Assembly: GCF_001194135.2 (NCBI RefSeq)
Contig: NC_068990.1
Span: 80,348,453-80,412,452 of the forward strand
Direction of reading: 5' to 3'
DNA: 64,000 nucleotides
From: Octopus bimaculoides
Lineage: Eukaryota
The translations under genes and the position numbers were made by a program. Positions 26,625-41,288 of this stretch are shown piece after piece; position 1 is the stretch's first letter; each line of letters starts with the position of its first letter. Under the pieces are notes generated by a model that was not told the origin of the DNA, did not search any database, and worked only from the letters and a program-made list of their open reading frames with translations.

Positions 26625-27049
26625 ATGTATACGTGCATATGCACACATATATGCACACATACACGCGTATATATTATTCAAAAGGGTACTGTGTCACTGT
26701 GTAATATAAGATAACAACCTGAACGTACAAAGAGCAACAGGCATTTCCGTTTCATAAGTCATGTACACCAAATGATTTATAGTTTCAGCAGTTAGAATTG
26801 TACAACTTCCCTTAGCCCACGCCAGCAAACCTGGTTATTGTGGTTAAGATATGATCAGTTGAATTTGTGGAAAGTTAAATATTTAGCGGTGTTATATGTA
26901 AAAGCAAGAAAGATGAGAAAACTAAACAAGGAAAGCAGATAAATAGTCAAGCCAAAACCGCAAATACACGGTCCACGAAAGCGCAACAAAACAATATTGT
27001 TACACGTATTGGCTAGAACAAAAACAATAAACGAAAGATAAAGGAGCAT

Positions 27050-27105
<56 letters not shown>
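27050..27105. repeat. (TATC)n microsatellite
   Basis: Directly visible. Confidence 0.98.
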
Positions 27106-27106
<1 letters not shown>

Positions 27107-27381
27107 ATATCATATGGTATATATCTTATTTAAATTAATGCCAAGTAAACCAAATGTTGAGTATTCGATGCGAAAGGAGAAAGGAATGCGGCAATTTTAA
27201 AACTGAACGTAAGTTAAAGGCGAACGAATGGGTATAGCAAGTTGGAAACAGAAGGACTGGAGCCCTTAAGCAAAACACTGTGGGGCAGCGAGGAGTGATA
27301 ACTGAACGGAAATCGGCAGAAAGTTCACGCTGAAGAAGGAAAGTGACAAGAAGCATATGAGGACGAGCGGAAGTGTAAAAG

Positions 27382-27390
27382 AGAGAGAGA

Positions 27391-27484
<94 letters not shown>

Positions 27485-27528
27485 GAGAGAGAGAGAGAAA
27501 GAGAGAGAGTGAGAGAGAAAGAAAGAGA

Positions 27529-27560
<32 letters not shown>
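27382..27560. repeat. Long (GA)n microsatellite (others at 28836, 30545, 37345, 39779, 53339)
   Basis: Directly visible. Confidence 0.97.
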
Positions 27561-27782
27561 TGCAGGGGGGCAATAATGTTGTGGTGGAAGAGAATGTGAG
27601 AGAGAAAGATGGAGAGAAAAGGTAAATATAATGTAAGAAATTAACAAAATAACGATGGGTAAAGATATTTGTGCGTCGCTATGGAGATACACTAGCACAG
27701 AGACTTTTCCTTTCAAAGGCTATTCGAAGAGCAAATATGCAGTTTCGGTGATAAAGATACATACACACATACTTGCACAAAC

Positions 27783-27858
<76 letters not shown>

Positions 27859-28095
27859 NNNNNNNNNNNNNNNNNNNNNNNNNNNNNNNNNNNNNNNNNN
27901 NNNNNNNNNNNNNNNNNNNNNNNNNNNNNNNNNNNNNNNNNNNNNNNNNNNNNNNNNNNNNNNNNNNNNNNNNNNNNNNNNNNNNNNNNNNNNNNNNNNN
28001 NNNNNNNNNNNNNNNNNNNNNNNNNNNNNNNNNNNNNNNNNNNNNNNNNNNNNNNNNNNNNNNNNNNNNNNNNNNNNNNNNNNNNNNNNNNNNNN

Positions 28096-28130
<35 letters not shown>

Positions 28131-28818
28131 TATAGACATACAGACACCACACACATGTGTACGTGTGCTTGCTCGCGTGTATGTTTGAGCATTTCCATGG
28201 TTGCATATTTCGTCTTTACGCAATCATATCGTTGGAAATTTATTCCGATATCAATTTATTGAAGAAGAAAATATTAGTAAATTGGTATGAAGCTGCATTG
28301 TGTGGTGTGTAGTAAACACATATTTAGACGACTTGTTAACTATTTTTCAAACTATAGCGTTCTACTTTCTCGATATGATGCTATACTAATAAACACATAT
28401 GCGAGTTGCAGAATTCACACTGTGCACCATTCAACAGTATAATTCTAAGCTTTTAGCCTAATGAAATCACACTATATGGTATCAGTAGTGATGCTTTTAT
28501 TTATTTACCTATATGTTAAGAGGTAGAAAGAAAGTAAACCATAAAGGAACAAGCATGATATATTCGCAAGAGAGAGAGAGTGATAGAATGATGTAGAGAG
28601 GAACACAAAGAAAGAAAGGAAAGAAGGAATAAATGAAAACAAGTATACAGGAGTATATCTAGCTTTAGAGAACTATATTAAAGTATTTTAAATATTAAAC
28701 TATGAAATAACTTTGTCATACTTCTCCCTTTAACTCTCTGTTCACACGTACACACATGCACATACATGATGACATAAACACTTTAATAAAACTATGACAA
28801 GTTACATGTGTGTGTGTA

Positions 28819-28915
<97 letters not shown>

Positions 28916-29187
28916 GCATAGGTTTTATATAAGTTTAAAATTATGTTTATGTTACCTATATGGATTATATCAAGCTGTGTGGTGTCACACGTAATTAAGC
29001 ACCTTTACATTCGTATCGAAATAACTTCACATTCTGTACGAAACGGAATGTATCCATTATAAGGTTTCTAAACCAGTCAGGCACAGCTTTTAATTCAGAT
29101 CTGCCGTGACTAGTTATAGACAATTTCTAGCATCCCTTCCCATCAATTTTGATCTCAGAATATTGTTTCATCAACATTGACACACGT

Positions 29188-29293
<106 letters not shown>

Positions 29294-32200
29294 GAATATA
29301 TACACAGAAACACGTAAACATTATTTAATTAAAACATGTCATGAATATGTCAGTCTCTAGTTTTGTAGAGAACTGATGAACTATTATTATGATCAATAAA
29401 TGAACAGACCAATTGCACGAGTTAAGGGCTGTTTACTATTCAGCATGATAATTTAAAGGCTTTTTTTAATTTTAAAATGTTTCAGCTGCAAAGTATAATC
29501 CTGACTCTATTTCGTAGAATGCATATCAATGCAGTCGCAAATTTGCACTGTTATCCAGTGCTATATTATAATTATTGAGCAAATTTTGAGAATTTGCGTA
29601 TTTTTTTGTAATATTGCTCTTCCATTGACCACTTTTATTAACATTCTGTCCACAAGTACACGCACCTTTCAATTTGTTTTCATGAATAAAAATGTGTATA
29701 ATCTTTTTAAACATGCCACTCTTTTTCAAGGCTTAAATAAAAACTCTTAAACTGAAAGGAATTATGTCTTGTTGAACCTCCAACGCAGTTAATACCTTAT
29801 CGTAAGAAGACAACAGAACAACAGGCTGCTATTTCTACGGGAAAATTTCGACGATATTATTGCACTCAATCGCCAGCCCACAATTTATTTGGTTTCACAT
29901 GTAATATAAAGACTCGCTTGTTAAAGATCCTTCTATGAACCAGTAGACGCTTCTATTCTCTATGCGTCAGTTGACTCTATAACTTCAATTATTACAAAAG
30001 AAACATAACTCTGTTATCACTAGTCAGCAAAACACATTCGATTCTGAAGTATTTCAAAATCAAATCAATTGATATAATAATTCTATCGTTCGGTGAAAAT
30101 TTATAAATTTGTTTTCTTTAATCACTAAAGATGACGGCTATCAATGAGACTAAGTCGATAAATATTCATAGGTAAATAGACATTAGAATTTCAGAAGCAG
30201 ACACCGTATTCACAGCAAGTTCAATTTCTGCAAATTTCTCAAGAGAAATTATGTATCAACGAATACTTTATCACATTTAACATTTCATTATTGATGCTAA
30301 ATACTTGATATTACAAGACTGACATTCCTTTAAATCTTCGAAGATACGTTGTTAATAGCCAAGTGAAAATGAAGATGCTAGTGAAGACTAATTGAACGTT
30401 TCACGGACGAGACAGTCTGTTGCGTGCGCAGGTCGTAGCCAAATAGTTAACGAAAATAACGTGACAAAGCTTTTGGCTGTCTGCTGCCGTCCCATTTTAC
30501 ACTCGGAAATAGAATAAATCTTAGCCAGCTGGCAAAAATACTTAAAGAGAGAGTGAGAGAAAGAGAGACAGAGAGAGAGAGACTGAGAGAGACTGAGAGG
30601 GAGAGAGGGAGAAGGGTGATGGAGGGGAGAGGTAGAGAGGTATGTATATATACAATACACACAAATATGCACGTATATGTTTGTGTTTATGCGTCTTTAT
30701 TAGTGGATAGGACGGTGCTCAGGTTTTTAACATTTTACACAGGAATATTCCTATTTCTCTATCACTACGTTATGTATCGTTTCGAACAATAAGGTTAGCA
30801 GGCCTACAAAAGGTTTCTAGACCTTTCAATGGTCTTGTATTTGTGAATTTGCTTTCATGTAACAGTTATTTTTCTGTTTCCTAATTCAGAATACAAATAC
30901 AGGCATGCTTTGATCTAGGTATGTTGGTACAAATGTTACTGCTTCAACGAATACTAATGTAAAAGCCGATAGTATATTTTCACGTGATGCGTTTTTAAGC
31001 TGCTTCTCTAGAGATGCATGGCTACCTTGTTTACACTGAGATATTTCCTCCAATGGTCATTAATGTTTTTTTATAAAAGAATATAGTATTTTGTATTTGT
31101 TATTCCAAATAGGTCGGTTGCATTATATTTTGATTATTGTTTTTAAATATAAAATTTACCAGAATACTCTTTTTTATTTGTTAGTGTCGACACTAAGTTT
31201 TGTATTAATTTTGTTGCTATTATTCCAGATTATTCTCAAAAATTTCAATTATACTGACAGAAACATAATTTTGTTATCCGTAGTCAGCAAAGCATATTGA
31301 ATTTTGAACTACTTGAAAATCAAATCATAGCTTAATATGCAGAACCAGATTAAATAATTGTTTCGTACAGTAGAAAATTATAAATTTGTGTTTCTTAATC
31401 AACAAAAAATGAATATTAATGAAAGTACAGAGTCGTCGGAATTGTGAAGGTAACTAGACAATGAAATTACAGAACCATGCACTATACATACGTAACATAC
31501 CTTAAAAATAAGTACTTTTAGAAAGCATTCTCTCAAAGCAAGTACATATTTCTGTACGCTTAATTTCGTCACATTGATTTTAGAATACAATTGACATATA
31601 TAGTTGTTTAAAACCCGATTTAACACTTAGGTTTGACTGATATTTATTTTACCGAACAGGGAAGGATGCTAAGCTACATAAGCGTGAACAGAATTTGAAT
31701 TCGGAGTTGAAAGATATATAACTAAATACGATTTGGTATTTTTTGCTCAAATCACGACCGATGTTGTCAAGTCGTTATTCTTGATAGTCTTAAATATATT
31801 GCTAGAATTATTTTAAAAATGTAAGAGAGTCGAAAAAAATGTCTGACCCGAGTGATTTTAATCTCATACATGAAATAAATAAATCAGAAAAGAATACAGT
31901 AAGGTAGATATTTCTCAATGGGAATTGTTCATGACATTCTACAGAGACCTGTTCTGACTGTTCGCTGCAGAAACAAACTTGGTATTAAACATGATGACGT
32001 ATTTCGTCCTCTACGCAGCAGAGAAACGATCTCTGAATAATTTGTTTACAAACGTCAATTACAACACCTTGGCCAAGTTAGGAGTTGGTACAATACACTT
32101 GCACAGCATTCATTGTAGTGCCTTGCACTCGAAATAACTTAATTGTGGAGAGGGCTTCTTTATACACAACTCTAGCAGTTTTTCCCATTGAACGCTTTAA

Positions 32201-32648
32201 GAACAATAACATCTCTCTCTCCCTTTCTCCTTTACACTGTCTCTCCATCCATCGGCCTTCCCTTCTCTCTCATGGATGTAATTGTGGTCATTGCATAGAT
32301 TTCTAAATAGATAATCTATTTTCTTCATATCTGTCGAGGCTTTGGTGCCTATTGAAGTTTCCTACTGACATGTTTCATATGAATAGTAAACTGAATGGAC
32401 AAACTCTGATGTGGGTGCAGCAGCTGCAGCAAGATATACACATATAATAGTTTTTATTATCGCGAAGTTGAGGAGATTAACGCAATAATTTCAACATCAT
32501 ATCACCTATTGTTAACACTATTAAGAGAATTTGAATCAGAAATACTATTACTAGGATTACACAGTTTGAATGTAAACAGCGTATAATCAAATTTAGTTAA
32601 CGATTTCCTAAATAAGCGTCATGAAACGTTATAACGAGTGGCTGTTCT

Positions 32649-32725
<77 letters not shown>

Positions 32726-32737
32726 CGACTACTACTA

Positions 32738-32777
<40 letters not shown>

Positions 32778-32820
32778 CACTGCCGTTGCTGCTGCTGTTC
32801 CTGCTGCTGCTGCTGTTCAT
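32649..32820. repeat. Compound triplet array (CTA)n(CGA)n(CTA)n(CTG)n
   Basis: Directly visible; one reading register kept throughout. Confidence 0.97.
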
Positions 32821-33383
32821 GCTATCTCTGATCAATAAGGAAAATGACAATGTTAGCAAAACTATTGTTATTATTTTAACTAAGTGAAAATTGATAATTC
32901 TTTTGTCATGGTCTGAATGTTTGCCTGATGCATGCACTGACTAACACAGATGGATTCGTGTTTTTCTTTGAGATATCAGCTGTGGAGAAGAACATAAATT
33001 TCAACACTTCTAATTGGATACTTCGGTCACATGGTAGCTGATAATTTATATTTAAATATGGACTTGTTCTACTCCATATTGAAGAAACAAAAATTAATGT
33101 ATGCTTCTATATGATTATTAAATTCTAGTGTTGAATCCAGAACGACGAAAACCAACCCGTCTATGACATGACTTTACTTCAAAGCGTAAAAGAATATAGC
33201 TAAATATCTTTGGCTATTTTCCACTGTTTGCCTATCGTTGCTGATATTTCCGCTCTCATATTCGTTTAATAAGCTGCTGTTAATAGACGCCATTTGTATG
33301 ATAAATGTATGATAAATGACGTCGTTACAATAATGATAGTCTGCATAGTAGACGTCATTACTGCAATAGTGATGACGTATCAG

Positions 33384-33603
33384 AAAGCGGCAAGCTAGAA
33401 GAAACGTTACCACGCCAGGCGAAACGCTTGGCGGTTTTTCGTCTGTCTTTACCTTCTCAGTTCAAATTCCGCCAAGGTCGACATTGTTTGTCATCATTTC
33501 GGAGTCGATAAACTAAGTACCAGTTGCGTACTGGGGTCGATCTAATCGACTGTCTCCCTCCCCCAAAACATCGGGCCTTGTTCATAGAGCAGAAAATAAT
33601 ATT
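33384..33603 (+). mobile_element. Full-length SINE, 'tail B' type
   Basis: Head aaagcggcaagctagaagaaacgttaccacg, B-box-like cagttcaaattcc, body, tail gggccttgttcatagagcagaaaataat. Confidence 0.92.
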
Positions 33604-34744
33604 GATGTATGAGGTTCGTCTCTTTGTCAAAAATTATGAAGCTCGATGTTTTCTGTAATTTCTGCCACATTTTTAGCAATATGTGGTCAATCATTGGTTC
33701 GCTGCATTTACGCAGGCAAGTGTAACAAAAGAGTAACTATTAGAATATGGTTTTGTTCGAAACTATCAATGATTTGTTTTTTTTCCCCGATAACCTTTCA
33801 AATATTTGCCACTAAATAATATTCAGAAAAAAATAGCAGCATAAACAATATCAATAGAGTAAAGGTAATCTTCATGGCAGTCAAAGTAAAACGAAAATAA
33901 GAAAGATAAAGAATAGCAAAAATAACATTATTTGGGTCATCGTAGTAGTCAAATAGCAAAACGAAAATTAAAATAAAATAAAACAGAAGATGACCCTTAA
34001 GAAGCAATAGATAATGAGTGTCAATGTGTTAAAACAAAAGAAATACAAGACAAGAAGACTTTTCAAGACCATGTCATAATTCAAATCGCTGTGTCATGCT
34101 TTTACGAATCTGACTAACTTTGATGATATATATTACCCACAGAGCCTATGTGACGATTTCTGGCACAAATCATCTACTCCATCCTCCTATGTCATGCTTG
34201 GTGTTGCTCCTTTTAAGTGCGTATAAACCGAGCGGATTTCCACATACGGTCAGACGTTCTCTAATCAGTGACAATATTGACTACTTCTACGAAGCGAACG
34301 AACAGAGGAGACATTACAAGATCGATTGATCTGCTAGAAAAAGCGAACGAATCTGCCTCAAATTACATTCAATTATATTGAAAATGATTCACTGATATTG
34401 TGGTCCTAAGTTCCTGCAGACAGAACAACGGAAGTGATAGACACATCTGGGTTGTCTTTCCTCATAATTCTGTTCAATAAAGCTAATCCTAGACTAAAAC
34501 TATCAACAGCAAAAATCATCTCCAAATGTCAAGTAATGGCGCAGTCGCAGTTAATAAAATAAAAATAGCAATCCACTCTCTAAATTATCTGCTGAAATAT
34601 CAACGAAACCTTAAATTACACTGTACTATCTTAAGCCAAGTAAAGCCACAATCGAACAATGTAGTCGCAATTGCTCATAAAAAAGAAGAGTGGTAGTAAT
34701 TGGAATTTCCCTTGATCAGAATCCTGCTGGAACAGGATGAACGA

Positions 34745-34895
34745 GATATCATCATCATCATCAACATCATCAAGAAGAAGAAGAAAAAGAAGAAGAAGAG
34801 GAAGAAAAAGAGCAAGAACAAGAAAAAGAGCAAGAACAAGAAAAAGAGCAAGAACAAGAAAAAGAAGAACAACAAGAAGAGGAAGACTAAAAAAA
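34745..34895. repeat. (ATC)n/(AAG)n array with three copies of the 18-mer aaaaagagcaagaacaag
   Basis: Directly visible. Confidence 0.92.
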
Positions 34896-36174
34896 AACTA
34901 CAGCAACAACGTTAATGACTTCAAATAGTCTCTTCTGGTCCCTTAATCCTAAGGGAATAAGATATTTCAGGAAGTTCACTATTAGAAGCTTATGGATTAT
35001 CTCCTTAACAAAAGAGTTCTATTTGAATTAGGGTCGTTGACTGTTTGGCATCTGACATCTGCAGAGACGATCGATTTCTTTCTTTTTAGTCAAAGCATAT
35101 GTTGAGCAAATTATATGAGGCATTCATACTCTCCCTAAATGCATACCAGTACACACACACACACACACTCTCTCTCTCTCTCCCTCTCATACACACACAC
35201 TCGCACACTCATACATATATACACTTACATAAGAACTTGTTCAAACAAGAATACACAAATACATGCATACGCACATTTATGGACATATATACTTAAAGAA
35301 AAATACGGCCATCTAGGCACACATACTTTACACAAGCTCGCAACCACATGCTCAAGCCCATATGTAAAGAAGTCTACATTAACGCACCGGAATATGTATG
35401 TGTTGGTGTAAGTCGCCCTGTTGGTGTTCGTATGCGTGTGTGTGTCAGTGTATGTATTTACGCATGCATGTGTGTATGCGTCACTGAAAAAAAAGAAAAT
35501 GAAGAAGGGAGAATAGTTATATTGTATTTATGGTCTATGATAAAGAATAGCTGAAGAAATGATAGGAGTAGAAAAGGATGCAGGAAAAATTAAGGAAAAA
35601 GAAGTGGAGAGGGAAAAGCAGTTTGAGTATTATGGGAAGTGTACAATTACCACAGGAATAGGTGTCGTCTTAATCTTCCTCAGTCTCACGATCTTTGTGG
35701 CTAAGTCCTGATAATACGCAATGTTTTTTCAATTTCTTTTCTGTCGACCCTGTTATATTGTATTGCGAAGTCTATGATTCCTATACCATTTCATTTATTT
35801 CTCTATAATCATTTATCACCACGTTGTTTCAGTAGTGTGGGCAGCCCTTCTGTGGACATCCCATAAGATTCTGCAATACTTATTTCCCTTAATCGCATCT
35901 GGACCGTGTTTATACCATGTTTGTGTTATTTCCTAATCACAAATTTGGCTAACAAATGCACTCTTTTTCTTACAGTCATGCCTGCACTTATTCTCGTTTG
36001 CTTTCACTTAAGAGATGATTAATACGTTTGTGTCCTTTTCTACAGGTTCTGCGCTTGTTGTCTCACTGAATTTTGTCAGATTTGTTTTAATGGCTTGTTT
36101 CCAAGCGGCTATATAGAACATCTTATGATGTTAAATCTGTGTGTTGCAACGAGTGTGGCTAAAACACAAATACA

Positions 36175-36455
36175 CGCACACACACATTCACACGCACACA
36201 CACACTCACACGCACACACACACTCACACGCACACACACACACTCACCCACACACACACACACACACACACACGCACTCACATCTATATATACGACGGGC
36301 GTCTTTCAGTTTCCATCTTCAAATTCACTCACAAAGCTTTGATCAGCCCGAGGCTATAATAGAAGACATTTGTCCAAGGTGTCACGCAGTGGGACTGAAC
36401 CCGGAACTATGTAATTCGGAAGCAAGCTTCTTACCACGCAGCCACGCTTGCGCCT
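36175..36455 (-). mobile_element. CORE-like tRNA-derived SINE (36291-36455) with (TG)n tail
   Basis: Minus strand aggcgcaagcgtggctgcgtggtaagaagcttgcttccgaat...gggttcagtcccactgcgtgacaccttggacaaatgtctt (A/B boxes, then a CORE-like accttggNcaa segment), ending gacgcccgtcgtata and running into TG repeats. Confidence 0.88.
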
Positions 36456-37339
36456 GTGTTGATAAATTATAACAAACGTAGACAACCCAAGTTGTTCAAA
36501 CAACCATAATATATTAAAACTGACTTCAGAATCGAGACAATCATGAATTTATATTTGAAAGCCGAAAATGTAGCCTTGAATAAGAACGTCACATATGTTC
36601 GCAAGATGAGGTGCTTTGATTCTGCCTTTTTTTTTTTTGATACAACTGGAACTATATGTCATACTGTCACTTTAGCTACGAGGATTTGGCATTCATAGTT
36701 TAAACGTAGACTGACCTGTTAACACGAGCCTGACATACTAACGTGAGGTAACTGTAGGGACTTGTACATCTTCATCAACTTACATGTTTTCTGTTATCAA
36801 AAAAAAAAAAAATTCACCTTATTATTATATACTTGGGCATGATGGAAACGACATTACAAAATTTATCACTCCTAAGTACATATATAAAAACCGAAAAGGA
36901 TACTTCTATACACATTCGTGCACACATATACACATATCTTCTACATATATAGACAGAGACACACTAATGCATTCATATATTGCACATTGAAGCTGTAATA
37001 TTTAATTAAAATTTCGAAGGTTCAATGGATTATCTGAACAAAGAGTAGAGGTAACCCATAATCGTAAAAAAAGGTATCTTTATAGAATTTGACTTTATGT
37101 ATTTCAAGTCTAGAATGGATTATTTATTTTGGGGCAACATTTATGAGATATAAAACCATTTACATAATCTAGATTTTTCGAGGGAAAATATTTGTTCTTT
37201 TTTTTTCACTCTTTATTTCCTATTTAATTCCTGTGTTCGTGGTTTCTGTTCCATAACAGATGAAAAAATAATCAATATTTTAGAGTGAAATAATACATTC
37301 CGTATTCAGAAGAAATTTTCAAACTAACAATGCCTGAAG

Positions 37340-37417
<78 letters not shown>

Positions 37418-38693
37418 TGAGTGGTTGAGAGAGGAAGAGTGCTCTTAGTCGTACACTTTCGGCTTTTAAGTTTGAAAAGAAAATATTTGTAGTTTTCACG
37501 AAGGTTGTATATGAGAGCAAAAAAGAAAGAAAAATTCTTCATAAGATCTACAAAGAGGGAAACAGTTGTTTGGAAGTTGTGAGAAAGATTGCCACAATAA
37601 AACGTACAATAATAGTAAAAAATACTATTACAGAACGATTGCCAGCAACACAAACACCAGAAAAAACAAAACAAGAAAACGAATTACAATTACATATAAA
37701 GCAACGATTTTTTTTTTTTTGCAACTGATAATCTTTTTCTTGCATGTTCAGAAACTTAATTCTATTGTTTCTAGAAGTGTTTCGAAAGTTTTGCATAAAA
37801 ATAATTACGCAAGTTTTACAACTTCATTTTACATTTTCGTGAAATTTTGTAAGCAATTTCAGTTGTATATTGTTTGACGTTTATTTTTTAATAACTCTTG
37901 TTTTATATTCCGATAGAAAGATAACGATGCAAGGCCAGTCAAAAAGAAAGCTTCACAAAAGGAAATATCGGCCACATTTCAACGGAATCATTCTTAAACT
38001 TCTAAAACTGTCAAATTCGAGAAAGCATTTGAAATTCTTTTTACATGAAAATAAGGGTATATGTTAGAAAATAATACTAGAGAAATAACAAGGAAATAAA
38101 AACAGCATAGAAAATAAAAGAGTAAGAAACTTTAGTCTCGATTGAAAAGAACATTTTTTTTTTTATTTTGCCTACGTTCCATTTTAAAGTAGTAGCTAAT
38201 TTATCGATTTTGCCTGGATAAAAGATCGATAGTATTTGGCTTTAGTGTGACATCAGGATTACTTGAGTAAAAAAATATTGTTTTTCTCTTATTTTATTTC
38301 ATGTAATTACATGAACCAGAGCTGAACGAAGTAAGCATAAAGCCTGATTTAACTTTAATTTACTGTGATCTGCCTTGAACAGCTTATCTAGACCGTATGT
38401 GTTTTTCGTGTTTTTTCTTATTTTGGAATACTTTTTTTGTGTTCAAGCGACATATACCAATACCATGATACACACATACGTTCATACATACAGACACAAA
38501 CACATACACATACATATACAAGTAAGTACACATAAACATACACACCAATACATATATACATATACACATACTAATATATGTAAACATATATAAGAATTGG
38601 TACATACGGTGTATGTCCGTGTGTCTGTGTGCGCGCGCGTATGAGTATATTTCATCTCGATTTTGTTTTTATTTCTCCAAAATCTTCCAAATT

Positions 38694-39253
38694 TCTTCTT
38701 CTTCTTCTTCTTCTTCTTCTTCTTCTTCTTCTTCTTCTTCTTCTTCTTCTCCTCCTCCTTCTTCTTCTTTTTCTCCTCCTCCTCCTCCTCCTCCTCCTCC
38801 TCCTCCTTCTTCTTCTTTTTCTCCTTCTCCTTCNNNNNNNNNNNNNNNNNNNNNNNNNNNNNNNNNNNNNNNNNNNNNNNNNNNNNNNNNNNNNNNNNNN
38901 NNNNNNNNNNNNNNNNNNNNNNNNNNNNNNNNNNNNNNNNNNNNNNNNNNNNNNNNNNNNNNNNNNNNNNNNNNNNNNNNNNNNNNNNNNNNNNNNNNNN
39001 NNNNNNNNNNNNNNNNNNNNNNNNNNNNNNNNNNNNNNNNNNNNNNNNNNNNNNNNNNNNNNNNNNNNNNNNNNNNNNNNNNNNNNNNNNNNNNNNNNNN
39101 NNNNNNNNNNNNNNNNNNNNNNNNNNNNNNNNNNNNNNNNNNNNNNNNNNNNNNNNNNNNNNNNNNNNNNNNNNNTCTTCTTCTTCTTCTTCTTCTTCTT
39201 CTTCTTCTTCTTCTTCTTCTTCTTCTTCTTCTTCTTCTTCTTCTTCTTCTTCT
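38694..39253. repeat. (CTT)n/(CCT)n array spanning an assembly gap
   Basis: Directly visible on both sides of the gap. Confidence 0.95.
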
Positions 39254-39775
39254 ACATCAGTTCCTCCCGTTCTCTCCTCGCTTTCACCTTTTCATTCTTT
39301 TCCCCATCTACTGCTGCTCCTATAATTTAAATCTAATCTCATACTAGTTCTACTTTCTCCCGCCTCCTATATCTTTTTCTCATCTGCCGCCTCGTCTTCT
39401 CCTTCCAATCGTTCTTTCGTCAGTCACCCATGTAACTAAATGTAATCAAATCTATTGTTATATTTCCACAACAACAAATAACTCCTCCCACATTATACAT
39501 AGGACAACCATCCTTAAGAAGGACCCATGCATATAAACGATATATCCAGCTCGATAGTTTTCCCTCCGACAAGGGCAACACCCGGCGTTACTTCGAAGTC
39601 GCAGACGTCAATTTTCTCTGTAAAACTAAATATGATTTATTACGGTTATGTACTCTATGATTGTTCAGTTCAAGTTTGGTTGTTTTTATCCGTTTATGAA
39701 TGGGGAAGGTGTGTATGCAGTTTTTCGTATGTGGGTCCATATGTCTAGAGGTGTGCAAGTATGGCACTGTAGTCG

Positions 39776-39837
<62 letters not shown>

Positions 39838-40848
39838 GGGAGAGAAAAGAGAGACCAAGAGAAAGAGAGAGGGATATTGTTTAGAAGTAGACCAAAGATG
39901 TTAATAATTGTGGGAGCTTAAAATTATTAATACGGTTAATATACAAGATCAGTACAGATCAAGAACGGATGGGGTTCACAAAACCGGGAAGAACAAACAT
40001 AATCAGAAGAACACAGCTACAAGCTGCGAGAGGAACAGTGAAAATATGCAAAACATTCATGAAGCCCAACTTGTATTAAGATCAACATATTCAGTGCGTT
40101 CTATACCTGTGCCCATGTCTACACACATAAATACATACGTACATACATACATACATACATACATAATATTTATATATACGCACACACACGTGTGTATGCA
40201 TGTATGTATGTGTACAATGAATGCAGGTATGGAGAACATTCGATATGTTGATCTTACTACAAGGAAGAGTATATTATATATAATTTATATTTATTGTCGA
40301 CAATGAATATATATTAAGTCAAGACAGACAGATTATAATCATATAAATTATTTTACCTCTTCGTCAAAAAATTTAGTACATGCTACTATTGAATGTAAAG
40401 GATGTAACGAGCCGCACACTTGGAAATAGAGTTACCATTCGTAGATAACAAACATGAAATATCAGTATGAGACGAATACCGTTTAGTAAACGCATAGACA
40501 TATGTACAAAAAATATGACTCTAAAGTTCCAAGTCTTTCCAATTTACCTTTGTTCAGTCAATACCACAAACCAAGCACTGATAGACATAGACTGTATATT
40601 CATAGGAAAATACAAACCAAGACAATAAACTTCAATAAACTATATTCACGAACAACTGTTCACACACATTCTACAGTTTGACATGTTGAATTTATACAGC
40701 TGACAATCTAAACTTTTAGCCACGATTATGACTGCTAATTGGCAGATTATACATGTACATATGTGTTGAATGGTTAGCAAAATAGACATTTAATATCGAA
40801 ATTTTATGCCTGCATACATAGCCACAGACTTTTTTTTTTCATTTTCAG

Positions 40849-40984
40849 GTGAAGCCGTGGCACTGTGGACGATAGAGCATCTCGAGTTTGCCTACGACAG
40901 TGACGCGTCAGACAGGCTTTCATACGGAGTCCCAATCGCTGTGCCTGGAGGGATTCCACTAAACTTGACGTCGGTAATCGATCG
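40849..40984 (+). CDS. Internal coding exon of an unidentified gene (phase 1 to 2): xEAVALWTIEHLEFAYDSDASDRLSYGVPIAVPGGIPLNLTSVIDR
   Basis: Strong acceptor ttttttttttcattttcag|, donor cg|gtaagg, open frame throughout, non-repetitive, and a GC-rich island that matches the splice boundaries. Confidence 0.75.
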
Positions 40985-41058
40985 GTAAGGCTTATTTTGT
41001 ATGAAGACCTGCATTCCCACCCGTACACATTGGTCACTAGACAACAGTTAAAACCATA

Positions 41059-41288
41059 GGACTATGCAGAGAGCAATACTGGAGAGAGTGGAGGCCAGCT
41101 TCCAAGAACGCCTTCAGAAATGCCTCAGTGAAAACGGACACCACATGATGGATGTTGTTTTCCACACTTGGATTTGACAAATGCTAATTCAATACAAACA
41201 CATTGATGTCAATAAAAGGTGTTTGCAGCTAAAATTAATGATGCTGGGGAATTTTCGAAAACATCGGTCTTCTTTGCCCCACACTCTA
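41059..41288 (+). mobile_element. 3' fragment of a Tc1/mariner-type element
   Basis: MQRAILERVEASFQERLQKCLSENGHHMMDVVFHT resembles transposase C-termini (RLQxCxxxNGHHL); ends in TIR-like ttctttgccccacactcta. Confidence 0.55.

Noticed and set aside
30388-30500. Minus-strand MGRQQTAKSFVTLFSLTIWLRPAHA resembling a signal peptide
   Set aside because: No usable donor, and a stop follows 10 codons later.
31971-32135. Acceptor followed by a 55-codon open frame
   Set aside because: No recognisable peptide, only moderate donors, and within chance expectation.
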